A DNA stretch of 64,000 nt, taken from contig OZ024746.1 of the NCBI GenBank assembly GCA_964016885.1, forward strand, positions 13,578,001 to 13,642,000, given 5' to 3'. Of the stretch, positions 50,931 through 64,000 are shown piece after piece. Position 1 is the stretch's first letter; each line of letters begins with the position of its first letter. Under the pieces are notes generated by a model that was not told where the DNA came from, searched no databases, and worked only from the letters and a program-made list of their open reading frames with translations. Both the position numbers and the translations under genes were made by a program. This DNA is from Eledone cirrhosa. Its lineage: Eukaryota.

Positions 50931-51810
50931 TACAAGTTTACAAAAAATATAACATACAGTGACATGATTGTACCCTAGGGTCATATTATTACACAAAGAT
51001 GTAATTTATTCTGATTAAAAAAACAAACTTTTTAGCTTAGGAAAGGAGTTGTATTACACACAAAGATATGATTTATCCCTTTTTTGTTTTTACAAACTTC
51101 AGAAAAGGGGGCTAAATTTATTTCACTGCGTTTAGCTTCAGAAAAGGAGTCGTATGTTATACACAAAGAAATATGGTAGTCCTTTTCTTTTTGAACACGT
51201 CAAGTTATAAAGATTTCATTTTATTGCAGCACTAATTACATTCAGAAATGCATATTACTTAGTAAATTGACATTGTGCATTGTGAGGATGAAAGACTGAG
51301 TAAATTGTGAATTCATTAACTTTCAGCTCACATTCTCTTATATTAAGTTGTTTTAGCTGCTTGCATAATTTAGTATCAATTTTCTTGGCAATTGTTAATG
51401 TTATCATCTTCATATGACAATGGCTTTGTCAGCACACTGCTAGCTATTTCATTCTCTTGTCATCTCTTCTGTGAGGTCTAGTATCGTGTGTGATGACTTC
51501 AATATTTCTCACCTGACTCTGTGTGTGTGTGTGTGTATACACACATTATGTATATGTGTGTGTAAGTCACTCCTGATAAGTAAACCTATCATCAACAGCA
51601 TTCCAGCCATGACCATCTTGTCTTTTATCTGCAGGACTACATTATTCAAAATATCCTTATTTTGGATAATGTAGGATTTGAGTTGAAGGAATTTGGCTGT
51701 TATTTCTAGCAGGTCGAGTGACTACAATGCAGGCTCACTTGGCTTGGTGACTGAACTTAATGTGCAAATACAGCCAAATAAGTAACAAAGTGGTTTCACA
51801 TTTGTAAGAT

Positions 51811-52153
51811 GGAGGCACATGGCTTAGTGGTTAGAGCATTGGCCCTGCAATCGAAAGGTTGTGAGTTCAATTCTCAGACCGGGTGATGTGTTGTTTCCTT
51901 GAGCAAGGCACTTTATTTCACATTGCTCTAGTTTACTCATCTGTAGAAATGAGATGATAGGGACTGGGGTCCCTATCATTCCACTGCAAAGTGGTCGTGG
52001 AGGTGCCAAGACAAAAACCACCCAGCACTCACTGTAAATGAGGTTGGTGTTAGGAAGGGCATCCAGCTGTAGAAATCAAGCCAGAATCAGTTCCCGTCCC
52101 ACCCTTGCAAGCAGGGAAAAGTGGACGTAAAATGATGATGATGATGATGATGA
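51811..52153 (+). mobile_element. Full-length tRNA-derived SINE with RTE-like tail and (GAT)n end (family B)
   Basis: Head GGAGGCACATGGCTTAGTGGTTAG, B box GAGTTCAATTCTC, tail GGACGTAAAATGATGATG. Confidence 0.9.
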
Positions 52154-52245
52154 AGACCTTAGTGCTATGACCAAATGTTACCATAGTCTCAATTTGATCT
52201 AAACCATCTGAGGAAAATTGAGTATATGGAAAGTGGGTGGAAGTT

Positions 52246-52493
52246 TGCTAGGTGGACTGTCTCTGTAGTGTAAAGGACTAGCTTAGTTAGTGTTAAACAT
52301 TGGGTCTGCTAGATGGACGGCCCCTATAATGTAAAGGACTAGTTTAGTTGGTGTTAAACATTGAGTCTGCTAGATGGACGGCCCCTATAATGTAAAGGAC
52401 TAGTTTAGTTGGTGTTAAACATTGTGTCTGCTAGATGGACGGCCCCTATAATGTAAAGGACTAGTTTAGTTGGTGTTAAACATTGGGTCTGCT
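52246..52493. repeat. 61-bp tandem repeat, 4 units
   Basis: TGCTAGATGGACGGCCCCTATAATGTAAAGGACTAG... recurs every 61 nt. Confidence 0.9.
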
Positions 52494-52577
52494 GAAAGAT
52501 TAAATTAACATTTATGTATGTATATAATACTTGTGTGTGTTTATATATATATATATAAATGTGTAATGCTATTTATA

Positions 52578-52703
<126 letters not shown>

Positions 52704-52885
52704 ATTTATTTATGTGTGTGTGTATTTATATGTGTGTGTATTTGTGTGTGTGTGTGTGTGTGTGTATGTATATGATATTCATGTTTGTCTATGAATAGAA
52801 ATTTCTTTCCATATGTTTTATTGCCGAATGATATGAAAATGGCAGTTGATCTATTAGGGTTATTTAGATAGTTGTTGAGTAATGG

Positions 52886-53103
52886 TTAACCCTTTAGCAT
52901 TCACATTACTCTATATATTTTCATGGTAAAGGCATTATCTCACATAATTATCTCACATAATATCGAATCTATGAGATTTTGAAAGTATTTATTTTGAGAA
53001 CAATACCTTAACATCAGTTTGAGTGAGCAGTTACAGCCAGTTTCAAAAGAAAAAGGTAGAGAATTCTGGCCGGTTTTGGCCGGTTTGAACATTAAAGGGT
53101 TAA
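52886..53103 (+). mobile_element. TTAA MITE family 1, orientation A
   Basis: TTAA-CCCTTTAGCATT...ATTAAAGGG-TTAA. Confidence 0.85.
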
Positions 53104-53378
53104 AGCTAGACATGAAAGTGTAGGTGTTAGTTGTAAAGTATAAAATGTTGAATTATTTTTGTCAGCTGTATTGGTTAAGAAGATTTATCATCACATCAAT
53201 ATAAATCAATGAATAAATCTTTAGACCTGTCATTTAAATTTCTATATGTAATTCTTATTAGATTATTATAATTATTTATTACAATTTCTGATTGTTTGGA
53301 TAAGTTGCCAGTTGCTAACTATGTGATGTGTAAAGAATATGCTAAATCCTTGCTAAGAAAATTGCCTGCTAACTTTGT

Positions 53379-53604
53379 TTAACACTTTAACATTTAAACT
53401 GGGTATATTTGGCCAGAATTCTTTCACCTCTTTCTGTTCAAACTGGCTGTAACCGGCCGCTCAAACTGACATTAAGGTATTGCTCTCGAAATAAATAACA
53501 AAATCTCATAGATTCGATATTATGTGAGATAATTATATGAGATAAAGCATTTACCATGAAAATATATTAGTAAATATAGAGTAATGTAAATGTTAAAGTG
53601 TTAA
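53379..53604 (-). mobile_element. TTAA MITE family 1, orientation B
   Basis: Reverse complement of 52886-53103 (TCTCATAGATTCGATATTATGTGAGA). Confidence 0.85.
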
Positions 53605-54614
53605 GATTACATTTATTTCCCTCCTTCACATCTTCAGTGGGCTTTGTCTTGTACTTTTAGGTATAAAATGTGAACCTGACATCCTATGGTGTACATCTTA
53701 CGTTAGCATGGTTGATTATTGATGCTAGATTAACTGTGTCTTTGGTGACTACCGATGAATATTAGCTACTGAAACAACTTGAAATCATATTGTTATAATA
53801 TAATAATAAAAGTGCAGTGTAATAAAAGTAGAAAAAATGTGGTGTTATTGCTTGACAACAATACAATACAATACATATTCATTGAGAGGAATCCATAATT
53901 ATCATTATGTTGAGTGGACAAAATCACTGCTAGCTATGACTGTTCCATTTATGTCACACCGTCAGAGCGCCCTGTTGTTCAATTGTGTTAAGGGGAGAAA
54001 AAAAGATGTTTACTCATATAGACTGGTAATGGTCGTTTAGCATAATAGCCACTTATCAGTCATCATATGAGAGTTTAGCATGCTAATGAGTAGTCAGCTA
54101 TAGGCTTGACAGTAAACCTTGTTTAATGATGGTGACATGAGGAGGTAACAAAGTAGCATTCTCTATGATAAAATTATTAGAAGCCAACTACCACAAGACT
54201 CCATGATTGCCCCACTAACTCAGCAGACTTTCAAATTGAAAGCAGTAAACTTTGCCTAGAAACACAATTCAGTAGAATAACAGATTTCAGCGATGTTACC
54301 TGTGTTTACAGTAGCAGTAGCTGATTGTGATATCATTACCAGTAAATGAAAATTGTAGGAGGCAGAATCTCATCTTCCACTTAATTGGATGTAACTCTTG
54401 ACAAACCATTTACACTGTGGAATGAATGGATGTGGATGATGAGGGAAGAAAAGTCATTCAATCACATAAGTTATTCTAGATCGTGGTAGTTGATGGAAAA
54501 TACCTCCTCACTGTGTTTCAGTGATGTTGAACCAAAGACAGTTGTGAACTTAACATTAGCAACATTTGTGGGGAAAGTTCTTGTGTGGATTTTTATAATT
54601 ACAATTTCACTCAT

Positions 54615-54798
54615 TAGCATTTAAACTGGCCATATCCGACCAGAATTCTCTCACCTCTTTCTGTTCAAATTGGCTGTAACCGGCTGCTCATACTGATGTT
54701 AAGGTATTGTTCTCAAAATAAATATCAAAATCTCATAGATTAGTTATGTGAGATAAAGCCTTTACAGTGAAAATATAATGTAAATATTAATGGGTTAA
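54615..54798 (-). mobile_element. TTAA MITE family 1, orientation B
   Basis: Matches the 53379 copy. Confidence 0.8.
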
Positions 54799-54850
54799 AG
54801 AGTCATCATATATGTCCAGTTACATTATACACTAACATTATACACTAGTA

Positions 54851-55237
54851 CAGCAGTCTGCAACCTTTCGGACCTCATGGACCACTAAATTCATAATTTG
54901 AAATCCTGCGGACCACTAATATGAATTTTTTTAAAAAGATTAATATATTTGTAAAATAATGTCAAAGAACTTCCATTTTATTAAACAATACTGAAGCGTA
55001 CGTGTATCATATTGTCGATAGATGATACATATGTGTAAAATTCTTGCATGGATTTTAGTTCTTTACTGAGGAGAATCATTTTTAGGGATGTTATAAACAT
55101 AATAATAAAACAAAAATATTATTCAGTTAAAATTAACAAAACATAAAAATTGCAAATAATGTCCAAATTTTTCTGTTGACCACCAAACTTTTCTCTCAGA
55201 CTCCAGTGGTTCGTGGGCAACCGGTTTGTGACCGCTG
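54851..55237. mobile_element. hAT (Charlie-like) MITE
   Basis: CAGCAGTCTGCAACC / CCGGTTTGTGACCGCTG ends, subterminal GGACCAC motifs, TSD CACTAGTA / CATTAGTA. Confidence 0.8.
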
Positions 55238-57256
55238 CATTAGTATATATATAATGTACAGTTTTTTACTTCAGTTTTTCGGGGTCCAGTCAAATTTTTT
55301 TGTTTTTGGGTTGGTGTTGACAATAGCTGTCAATGCAATGTCAAGGGTCTGAATTGATTGGATTTTTATTTTATCATTAAAAATTTTAATCTTTCCATAG
55401 CAACACATTTCATCGATGAGAAATACTAAATCATGCATTCAGTTAATTAAATTTCCATTTCTACTGTTAAGAAATGTTCCGTTGAAATATTCTCTGACAA
55501 AATCAATTCAAATAAGAAGTTTATGGTATTTAATTTTAATTAATTTAAAAATCTAGTAGTAATGAGTAACCAATCTATTTCTGTTTCACTTTGGAAGCAT
55601 AGCCATGGTTCATTGAGCATCAATTTAAAACCAAATAATTTAAATGTGTATGTGATGAATGTTCTAATTACATTTTGTAAATAGATCTGCTCAGTTTAAG
55701 ATTTATATATACATATATCATCATCGTTTAATGTCCATTTTTCCACGCTAGCATATATATAAACACACACACACACCTCTCTCTCTTCATTTTTGTATTT
55801 GCTTTGCAAGATTTTTGATGTGAAAACATATTGAAACATATTGTTATACTTTGAGAATTTTTAAAATTTAAATAGGAACTCTATAAATTGGAAACAAAAG
55901 TGGTTTTGGGTTGGTATCAAGTGTTAAATAGAAATTGAGACTAGGTTATGGCCATAATTATTACATTGGAATTTTGTTTTCAATAAATAAAATAAGTCTA
56001 TAATTATTTCATTTTATGTTATTGTGTGAATTGAACAAATGTACTAACTTATAGAGATCTAACATACTGACTGTTCAGCAAGTGTCAACATCCACACTTT
56101 AGTTGTTCTGAGTTGTCTTTGACATTTAGATGGTTTTAAGGTATTCTAATATAACACCAGTCATGTGGCTAAAGTGAGAAATTTCAGTTGCTAGCTGTAA
56201 CTTTGGTCATTCTCTCTTCTATTTTAAAGTTCTTGACATCTGACACACTAAACCACATCTATTTTCTCTTTGTTCAATATCTTAAGATTGTTCCCACTTT
56301 TGTCTTTTTAAATGTTACTATGTGATATAATTGGCTTATTGTCTACAAGTAGCTGAAGATGACATTTAAACATTTTATGTTTTTTTTTAGCATTGTTACT
56401 TGCGGAAATTCTATTTGTTAGTTTTATTTTTCAATTTTGGTTGCTATTTTTTCTTTTTTTCTTAAAAAACTTATTTTTATCTATTTTCTTTTCAAATGAA
56501 AAAGTTAGTTTTATTAAATAAAATAGGAATAGTAATCAAGCAGAAATGTATTTTAGTTTTGAAATTATATTTTCTTATTTGATTCTAATCAATTAGATTG
56601 TATTGATAATTTTTTAAAATCTTTATCCATAAAAATTAACATATCAACCATCATCATCATCATCACATATCTGATTTTCCCCATGCTGGCATGGGTTATA
56701 TTTCAATTTTGATAGTAAGCTTTGTCAAGCTAATATTCATTTTATTATCTCCACATACACACTAAATTTTCTGTTTTCCTTTACGACATAGAATGGGTAG
56801 TTTTGTGAGCTTTTATTCAAATTACCTTAATGGGAGAGGTACAGTTTGATAATTACTGTACTAAGAGGTGTAGATAGTATCACATTTTCTATCTAGGTAA
56901 GAACAAACTGCTTTACATGAAAACAACATGCCCACAACCCATATATGTGTAAGCTGTTGTTTAGTCAGGATTTGTTCTCTTCAAGCAGACATACATACAT
57001 AGAGGTAGTTGAACAGTTAGAAACTCCATGAGTCTTTGGCATTGATACAGGAGGACCAAATAAGTTATGGACCATGATGTCTGGACATGCAGTTCTCTTT
57101 AGCTATGTAATTTGTATATGGTTGAAAGCTGTGTTCACATTCATTCAGTTTCTGCAAAGTTGTCATCTTTCACTCCAAAGCTCCCGGTCTTCACAGTTGA
57201 AACCATGTGATTCAGATAGTTGGTAACATGGAGATAAAGCTAGGATAACCCTTTGT

Positions 57257-57497
57257 TTAACCCTTTAGTTACCAACCTGGCCAAAACCTGATTCTGGTTC
57301 TATTAAATAAAATCACCCATTTTAAAGGTTTCCAATTTATAATAAAATCTTCCAACATAATTTTGTATAAGAACCTTATATTAAGTTACTATCTTAGTAA
57401 TGAAATAATTAATAATTTTAATAAATCCCTCAAAAGTCTTCATTAATTAATAGAAACAGAGTGCATTTCATTAGATATGAGGTCATGAAAGGGTTAA
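57257..57497 (-). mobile_element. TTAA MITE family 2
   Basis: TTAA-CCCTTT...AAAGGG-TTAA; related copies near 58523 and 59502 are in the opposite orientation. Confidence 0.8.
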
Positions 57498-57766
57498 CTA
57501 AAATATTTAATCTGCATGAAAGTTTGTGAGACAATTTACTCAAGGAAGTCTATTGATTTGTTATCAGCATATATACTTTCCAATACTAGTATGAATAATA
57601 ATTGATCTATAAATCAGTATTTACTGCTTTGTAACACATGAAACCCAATTAACAAGACATACTTAAAAACTACTTAACAGTACCATGATGCATCACCTTA
57701 ACTGCTAAACATTTTTATTCTAAAATTACAACTTTTCACAATCATCTATCCACTAGTAAAGTTACT

Positions 57767-58003
57767 TTAACCCTTTAGAATTTAAACCAGCCATATCCGG
57801 CCAGTCTTTCTGTTCAAACCAACTGTAACTGCCACTCATACTGATGTTAAGGTATTGTTCTCAAAATAGATAAATCTATTTCCAAATAAATCTATTTCCA
57901 AATAATATCCAAATCTCATAGATTCAATACTATGTGAGATAATTATCTAAGGTAAAGTGTTTACTATGAAAATACAATAGTAATGTAAATGTTAAAGATT
58001 TAA
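57767..58003 (-). mobile_element. TTAA MITE family 1, orientation B
   Basis: Matches the 53379 copy. Confidence 0.8.
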
Positions 58004-58127
58004 ACATTTGGTTTAACAAACCAGTTTTTATATATTTTTTACTAAATTATTACATGATGTTAGTTAATTTTATGCAACTATTTTTAGTTAGGCTCAGTGA
58101 TGTGCTTAGCTTAGGAGCACATCTCTA

Positions 58128-58479
58128 TCATCATCATCACCATCATCATCATCATTATTTTACGTCTGCTTTTCCCTGCTTGCAAGGGTGGGACGGGAAC
58201 TGATTCTGGCTTGATTTCCACAGCTGGATGCCCTTCCTAACACCAACCTCATTTACAGTGAGTGCTGGATGCTTTTTTGCCTTGGTACCTCCACAACCAC
58301 TTTGCAGTGGAATGATATGGACCCCAGTCCCTATCATCTCATTTCTACAGCTGAGTAAACTGGAGCAATGTGAAATAAAGTGTCTTGCTCAAGGAAACAA
58401 CACATCACCCGGTCTGAGAATTGAACTCATAACCTTTTGATTGCAAGACCAATGCTCTAACCACTAAGCCATGTGCCTC
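58128..58479 (-). mobile_element. Full-length family B SINE
   Basis: Close reverse complement of 51811-52153; the two spurious ORFs translate almost identically. Confidence 0.9.
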
Positions 58480-58861
58480 TATGATAGTGGTAAATTGTCA
58501 ATAAGAATTGTAAACAAATACCGTAACCATTTCATGACTGTATTTCTTATGAGATATTCTCCATTTCAATTACTGAAGAATTTTGAGAGATTTACTAAAA
58601 TTATCATTACATTACTAAGATAGTAACTTAACATATGGTTTTTATATAAAATTATATTGGAAGACTTTAATTTAAATAGGAACCCTTTAAAATAGTTTTT
58701 GTTTCATAGAACCAGAGCTGGCGTTGCCTCCTTCTCCAATAAACATGAAGTTGGTTACACATAACATAAAACACATCTAATCATGACTATAAAATATTTT
58801 TGAAAGACCTTTGGATCTTTGCTGTGTTGTAATTTCATATTTATCTATACAAGGGAATTGT

Positions 58862-59053
58862 TTAACCCTTTAGCATTTAAACTGGCCATATCCAGCCAGA
58901 ATTTTCTCACCTCTTTCTGTTCAAATTTGCCATAACCGGTTGCTCGTACTTATGTTAAGGTATTGTTCTCAAAATAGATAATTATGTGAGGTAAAGTGTT
59001 TACCGTGAAAATACAATCGTATATATAGTGTAATGTAAATACCAAAGGGTTAA
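58862..59053 (-). mobile_element. TTAA MITE family 1, orientation B
   Basis: TTAA-CCCTTTAGCATTTAAACTGGCC...AAAGGG-TTAA. Confidence 0.85.
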
Positions 59054-60148
59054 ATTGAAACAGTTTCATACAAAAAACCTCCCAATTCAATCTCTAAAAA
59101 ACTAAGAATATATGTTGCCTACAGGATTGTGGTTGTTGGTTTGAAACCACACGGTTCCTTAAGCTTCTATTATTTGAGTTAATCATAAGTTTGATTTCAA
59201 GTTATTTTCTCTTTAGACTTGTTGGAGAGCCAGAGCTTAAGAGCCTGCTCTAATGCCTATCTTTGATATAGATTCTTGTGTGCATATGTCTACTTGATGT
59301 TTAGCTCCAGTTCAGTCATGATCAAACGGCCTATGATAAAAAGGCATTTCAGCCATGACCTTTAAGTCTGTCTAAAACTACCTTATTTTATGTGCCCCTT
59401 GCTTATTTAAGATGACTTGTGGGAGATTTGGTTGCTATTTTTAGTAAGTCAAGTGACCATGTAAGGGCTCATTTATTGGCTCATGCAGATATTTATATAT
59501 ATTAACTCTTTCATGACTATATTTCTAGTAAAATAAACTCTATTCAATTAATTACTGAAGAATTATTATTATTTCATTAAGATAGTAACTTAACATGTGG
59601 TTATATATAATTACATTGGAAAATTTAAATTTATAACATTTTAAAATGGATGGTTTGTTTCGTAGTGCCAGGGGCAGTTCCAGCTTGGTTGCTATCAAAG
59701 CATTAATATGGATGTGCAACTGTTCATAGATATTTTGCACATATGTATTTATACTTTGCTGAAGTCATTGTTCTTCGGTAAAGAATTTCACTTCACTGCC
59801 ATTATCTGTTAAGCCTGGAAAATAGATATAAGAAATTTAATAAAAGTTTAACTTTCGATATATTTGTGAATTTTCCAAGGGTTAGAAATTGTATCTGCTC
59901 TATGTGTAATGTTATCTCTGAAATGAACAAACTTTGTATGAAGTGGCGGTCTTTGTGATAGCACACCAAGCCTGGAAAATAGATTTTAGAGATATTGAAA
60001 ATATAGCATGCAATATAGCTGTGATAGAAGCTCTGTAATAAGTGAAGTCTGTGTGTTATCACACTTAAAACAAACAAAACAATTGCCTGTTTATCACCAT
60101 ATCCTTACTCTGATATAAACTGTATGTTAACCTTAGTTAATCAGTGTT

Positions 60149-60224
<76 letters not shown>

Positions 60225-60495
60225 TATGTTGTGGCATCTTATATATGTATAAATACATTAATTTTATTCGTTTTGTTTCATGATATTGATTTGTTGTCTA
60301 TCTGCTTATGTACAAGTTCTTGTGAATGCCAGCATAAGGGCAACATATGAACCAACATATAAAGATAAAATTGCATCCCTATTTCAATTTGGCATGTGTG
60401 TATATAAGATATGTGAATATATAATATAGACATATATGTACATTGTCTAATCCATGCTAGTGTGGAAAAATGGATGTTAAATGATGATGATGATA

Positions 60496-60611
60496 ATTGT
60501 TTCTACTTTTGGCACAAGGCCAGCAATTACTCAGTACATTACTGGTACTTTATTTTATCGACCCTGTAAGGATGAAAGACAAAGTTGACCTCGGCGCGAT
60601 TTGAACTCAGA
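60496..60611 (-). mobile_element. 5'-truncated family A SINE
   Basis: Matches the 9703 copy. Confidence 0.8.
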
Positions 60612-61379
60612 CGATGATAATAATATAAAAATGTATGTATGTATGTTTGTGCATATGTATTGTTTTATTAGTTTGTCATTAGAGTATGGCCATGCTGGGA
60701 CACTACCATGATTTATTTAATTGTATTGATCCCCAATACTTTTACAAGTCAGGCACTTATTTCATTGAACTCAAATTGCTATGCTATGGGGCATACCCAC
60801 ACTCACATATGCCCCCCCCCCCCCCCAAAAAAAAAAACACTATAGCCCTACTTTGGTATAGTAGAAGACATTTGCCCAAGATGCAGTGGGTATAAAATAT
60901 ATATTGTCATCATCATGAGTCATATCATTTATGTCTGTTCTCCATGTTGACAATGTTTGATAGGTGGTTATGGTCAGGGACATAGATGTGTAAGAAAACA
61001 CATCTTGCTCATATTTTGGCACGATATCTACAGCTGGATGTCCTTTGTCGTGCCAACTACTTTTCAGAGTGTACTGGGTGTTGTTTATTGTGGCACTAGC
61101 ACTAGAAAAGTTGCTTAGCCCTTGACAGGATCAAAGAGTCACCTCTATCCTATGCTTTCTCAGTTTGTTCATCCACCACTTTACAGAGATGTGCTGAGTA
61201 CATTCCATTGTGATACAAATTCTAAATCATCATCACTGTTAAATATAATATATATAAATATTACTTATTTGTACTAAGGAAGGGTTGAGCTGGTTCTAAA
61301 CAGAGACCACCCGTTCAGTGATCATAGATGTCTGACACAAATATTGTCAGCCAGTGCTGATTCCAATGATGGAAACCAT

Positions 61380-63130
61380 ATATGCAAAGATCATGTTTTC
61401 AACTGTCTACCTTGCCGTTTATGCCATCTTAGGATGGGCTCTGGTGTAACTGCATCACAAATGAATTCACCTCTAGGGCAGCAGAGTGCATAGCTGAAAC
61501 AAGTGGCAGCTGTTGTAGGAAAGCAATTCAGCTTTGATGACAAAGTTTGGAGATTAGCACAAAATCCAATGTTTGAACATTTAGTATTTGGCAAAGGTAA
61601 AAGTGGATAAAAATCTCCAGCTTGTGTAAACTTGTCATTCTCATTGGTCATGTCTTGCAGAGGAAGATGATGTGATTATTTATTCAATAGGTGCAGATTT
61701 TTGAGACCAGGTGGATCTCTGATCTAGACTGTGTGCATGGTTGATACAGATTCTCTCATCTTTACAATGGTTGACACACATCTTTCTCATCTCTACCGTG
61801 GTTGATACACACATCTCGCTCATCTTTACCATGGTTGATACATCTCTCTCATCTTTACCATAGCCTGTGGCAGTGAAGGAAGCACTAAGACACTTGAAGT
61901 GATTGACTTCTTCCAGAATTGTCCCACAGAAACACCTGGGAAATCTCATATGGCATGCTCTACATGCTTTATTGAAAAATATTACAGACAGAACACAACC
62001 CTACCGGGCTTCAGGGTGAATGTCAAAGAAGTCAGATTCCTAGCGGTAACTGTGAACCATTGATCATGTACAGCTGTATTACACTTGCAACTCATCTGTG
62101 ATTATGATGTCTTGCAATGTATTGTGGTTGACTGGATTAAAAGCAGGTGATCATATACTACTGGTAGCTTCATTGTTGTTCTAGAACCCTTCTCAAGTTG
62201 AAGATTTGGTCCGTGCAGTTTTGGCTGTGATGGAAACCACACTAATTTAGATGTGCACATTTTCGCAGAACAATGGTGAATATTTTGGTTGAAATATTTA
62301 CTAAACTGATACCCTAGTATTTACTGTAACAGTGTTTATCCTTGGAGAAAAGGAGAACTGTATTACTCCAGACTTGTAGTGTAGATTCCATGTTCCAGAT
62401 GTATATGATTACATGGTGTAGCTATAGGGACAAGATATCAGAACAGTCGGCAGGTGAGTCATCATCACCTGGGGTCCTTTCTCCTTGATGGTTGGTGCAT
62501 CCAAGCTGCATGTGAAAGGAGTAGTGTCTGAAGAGTCTATGTGTAGGTTTTAAGCAGGTTGGCAGACTGGTTGCAATTGAGTAGATTCACACAATGGTCA
62601 CCCCAATGGCTGAGATGTTCACTGTGGTTTGAGATAACCACACCTTAAGTATCAATGATTGTTTCCTTTATGGCTGCGGAGCCCTTCATGGTCAAGCATG
62701 TCTAGAGTGCACCAGTATTCATTAGGATCTGCATGAGCAGATTTGGGCTCTCTGCCTTCCGAGAAGTGACACCACTGTTTCAGGGTTGGTTGAGTTTCTC
62801 TGAGAGTCCTATTGTATGGCCTGAGATCCAGTCTTTGTGAATACACTTGTTATATCTTAATTCTTGAGTTGCTACATCCTGTAGGTGATGTTTGAGGTTG
62901 TACCACTTATCTTTGGCTGTGGGTTCAGTTTGTTCTATTGTGTCCACTCATTGAAATAGTTACTCAGTTCTAGTTGAAAGTGTGTGGCAATGTTGCATTT
63001 TATGTTTGCAATATCATACTTTGGGGACCTCTTAGATGGTTTGTTGACTTTTAAATGAGCATTTTAAGGCCAGTTCCCCCCCACTAAATAGGGGTTAGCT
63101 TGGATGTCTTCATGACAGGGAATCCTTTTT
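61380..63130 (-). mobile_element. Highly degenerate non-LTR retrotransposon (RTE-like LINE) with reverse transcriptase remnants
   Basis: Minus-strand peptides AFNPVNH (cf. AFDSV), SDFFDI...GCVLSVIF (cf. QGCVLSP.LF) and LEEVNHFKCL (cf. E.V..F.YLG), broken by stops; boundaries approximate. Confidence 0.65.
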
Positions 63131-63329
63131 GAGGCAATGCTTTACAGCCACATTCCTTTTGTTACTTGCCCTTTTAGCTTACAATATACAGGGATATGGT
63201 GTACCTAATTTTAAACCAGATATGTGTTTGTGGGGCGTATGTGTGTGTGTGTACACACACATTCCCTCCATACGTATATTATGTGTATATATAAGTGAAG
63301 AAATATCAGCTGAAGATGTCTTTTGCCTC

Positions 63330-63555
63330 TTAACCCTTTAGCATTTAAACCAGCCATATCTGGCCAGAATTCTCTCACTTCTTTCTGTTCAAGCCAGCCG
63401 TAACTGGTCACTCATACTGATGTTAAGAAATTGTTCTCCAAATAAATGATATCAAAATCTCATAGATTCGAAACTATGTGAGATAATTATGAGATCAGCC
63501 TTTACCATGAAAATACAATAGTAGATATAGAGTAATGTAAATGTTAAAGGGTTAA
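63330..63555 (-). mobile_element. TTAA MITE family 1, orientation B
   Basis: TTAA-CCCTTTAGCATTTAAACC...AAAGGG-TTAA. Confidence 0.85.
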
Positions 63556-63803
63556 TGTGAGAAAGTAATGTGGAACTGTTGTGGCTCTATTGAAGATTTT
63601 CTCATTATTTCATAAGTTAGTCATGGATAGATTTGAGCTCAGTTCTACTAACTGGCACAATTAGCTCTCCTGTTGATATCAGTAAAAATGTGCATGTGTG
63701 TGATATCTCCATGAGATGGAGGCCATCACAGCCTAAACGTCGTTGAATAAAAAACAAATAATCTCTTCAATAGGTTGAAAGTCATTTGTATATCTGATGT
63801 TTC

Positions 63804-64000
63804 ATCATCATCACCGTTTTACGTCCGTTCTTCCACGCTAGCATGGGTTAGACGGGTTGTCCTGTTGTGGGCAGTGTCTGGTCGGCTGACCATGCCTTGC
63901 TCATACAGGAACTGATCTGGCTTGATTTCTACAGCTGGATGCCCTTCCTAACACCAACCTCATTTACAGTGAGTGCTGGGTGCTTTTTCGTGGCGCCTAC
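63804..64000 (-). mobile_element. SINE/LINE 3' portion with RTE-like tail, cut by the window edge
   Basis: Near-identical to 8621 onward. Confidence 0.8.

Noticed and set aside
51811-51885. tRNA gene
   Set aside because: It is the tRNA-derived head of a SINE, continuous with the SINE body and tail

Overview
AT-rich, microsatellite-dense animal genomic DNA, most likely octopus/coleoid cephalopod (inferred from the SINE types and repeat landscape). The only convincing protein-coding gene is the 5' part of an ADAR2 (ADARB1-type A-to-I editing enzyme) ortholog on the + strand: a 768-nt exon (29098-29865) encoding the NLS and both dsRNA-binding domains, a phase-compatible candidate first coding exon with an Arg-rich motif (22208-22313), and a >34 kb intron with no deaminase exon that I could recognise. 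Almost all long ORFs in the track are microsatellite artefacts. Notable non-coding structure: five type I minimal hammerhead ribozyme motifs of the Penelope-like-element kind, two of them in the arms of a perfect 229-bp inverted repeat inside the ADAR2 intron; a TTAA-MITE family whose nine intronic copies switch orientation once at about 53.2 kb, compatible with a giant nested dsRNA fold; and minisatellites derived from MITE ends. The ADAR2 pre-mRNA appears rich in its own enzyme's substrate. All alignments and folds were done by eye.
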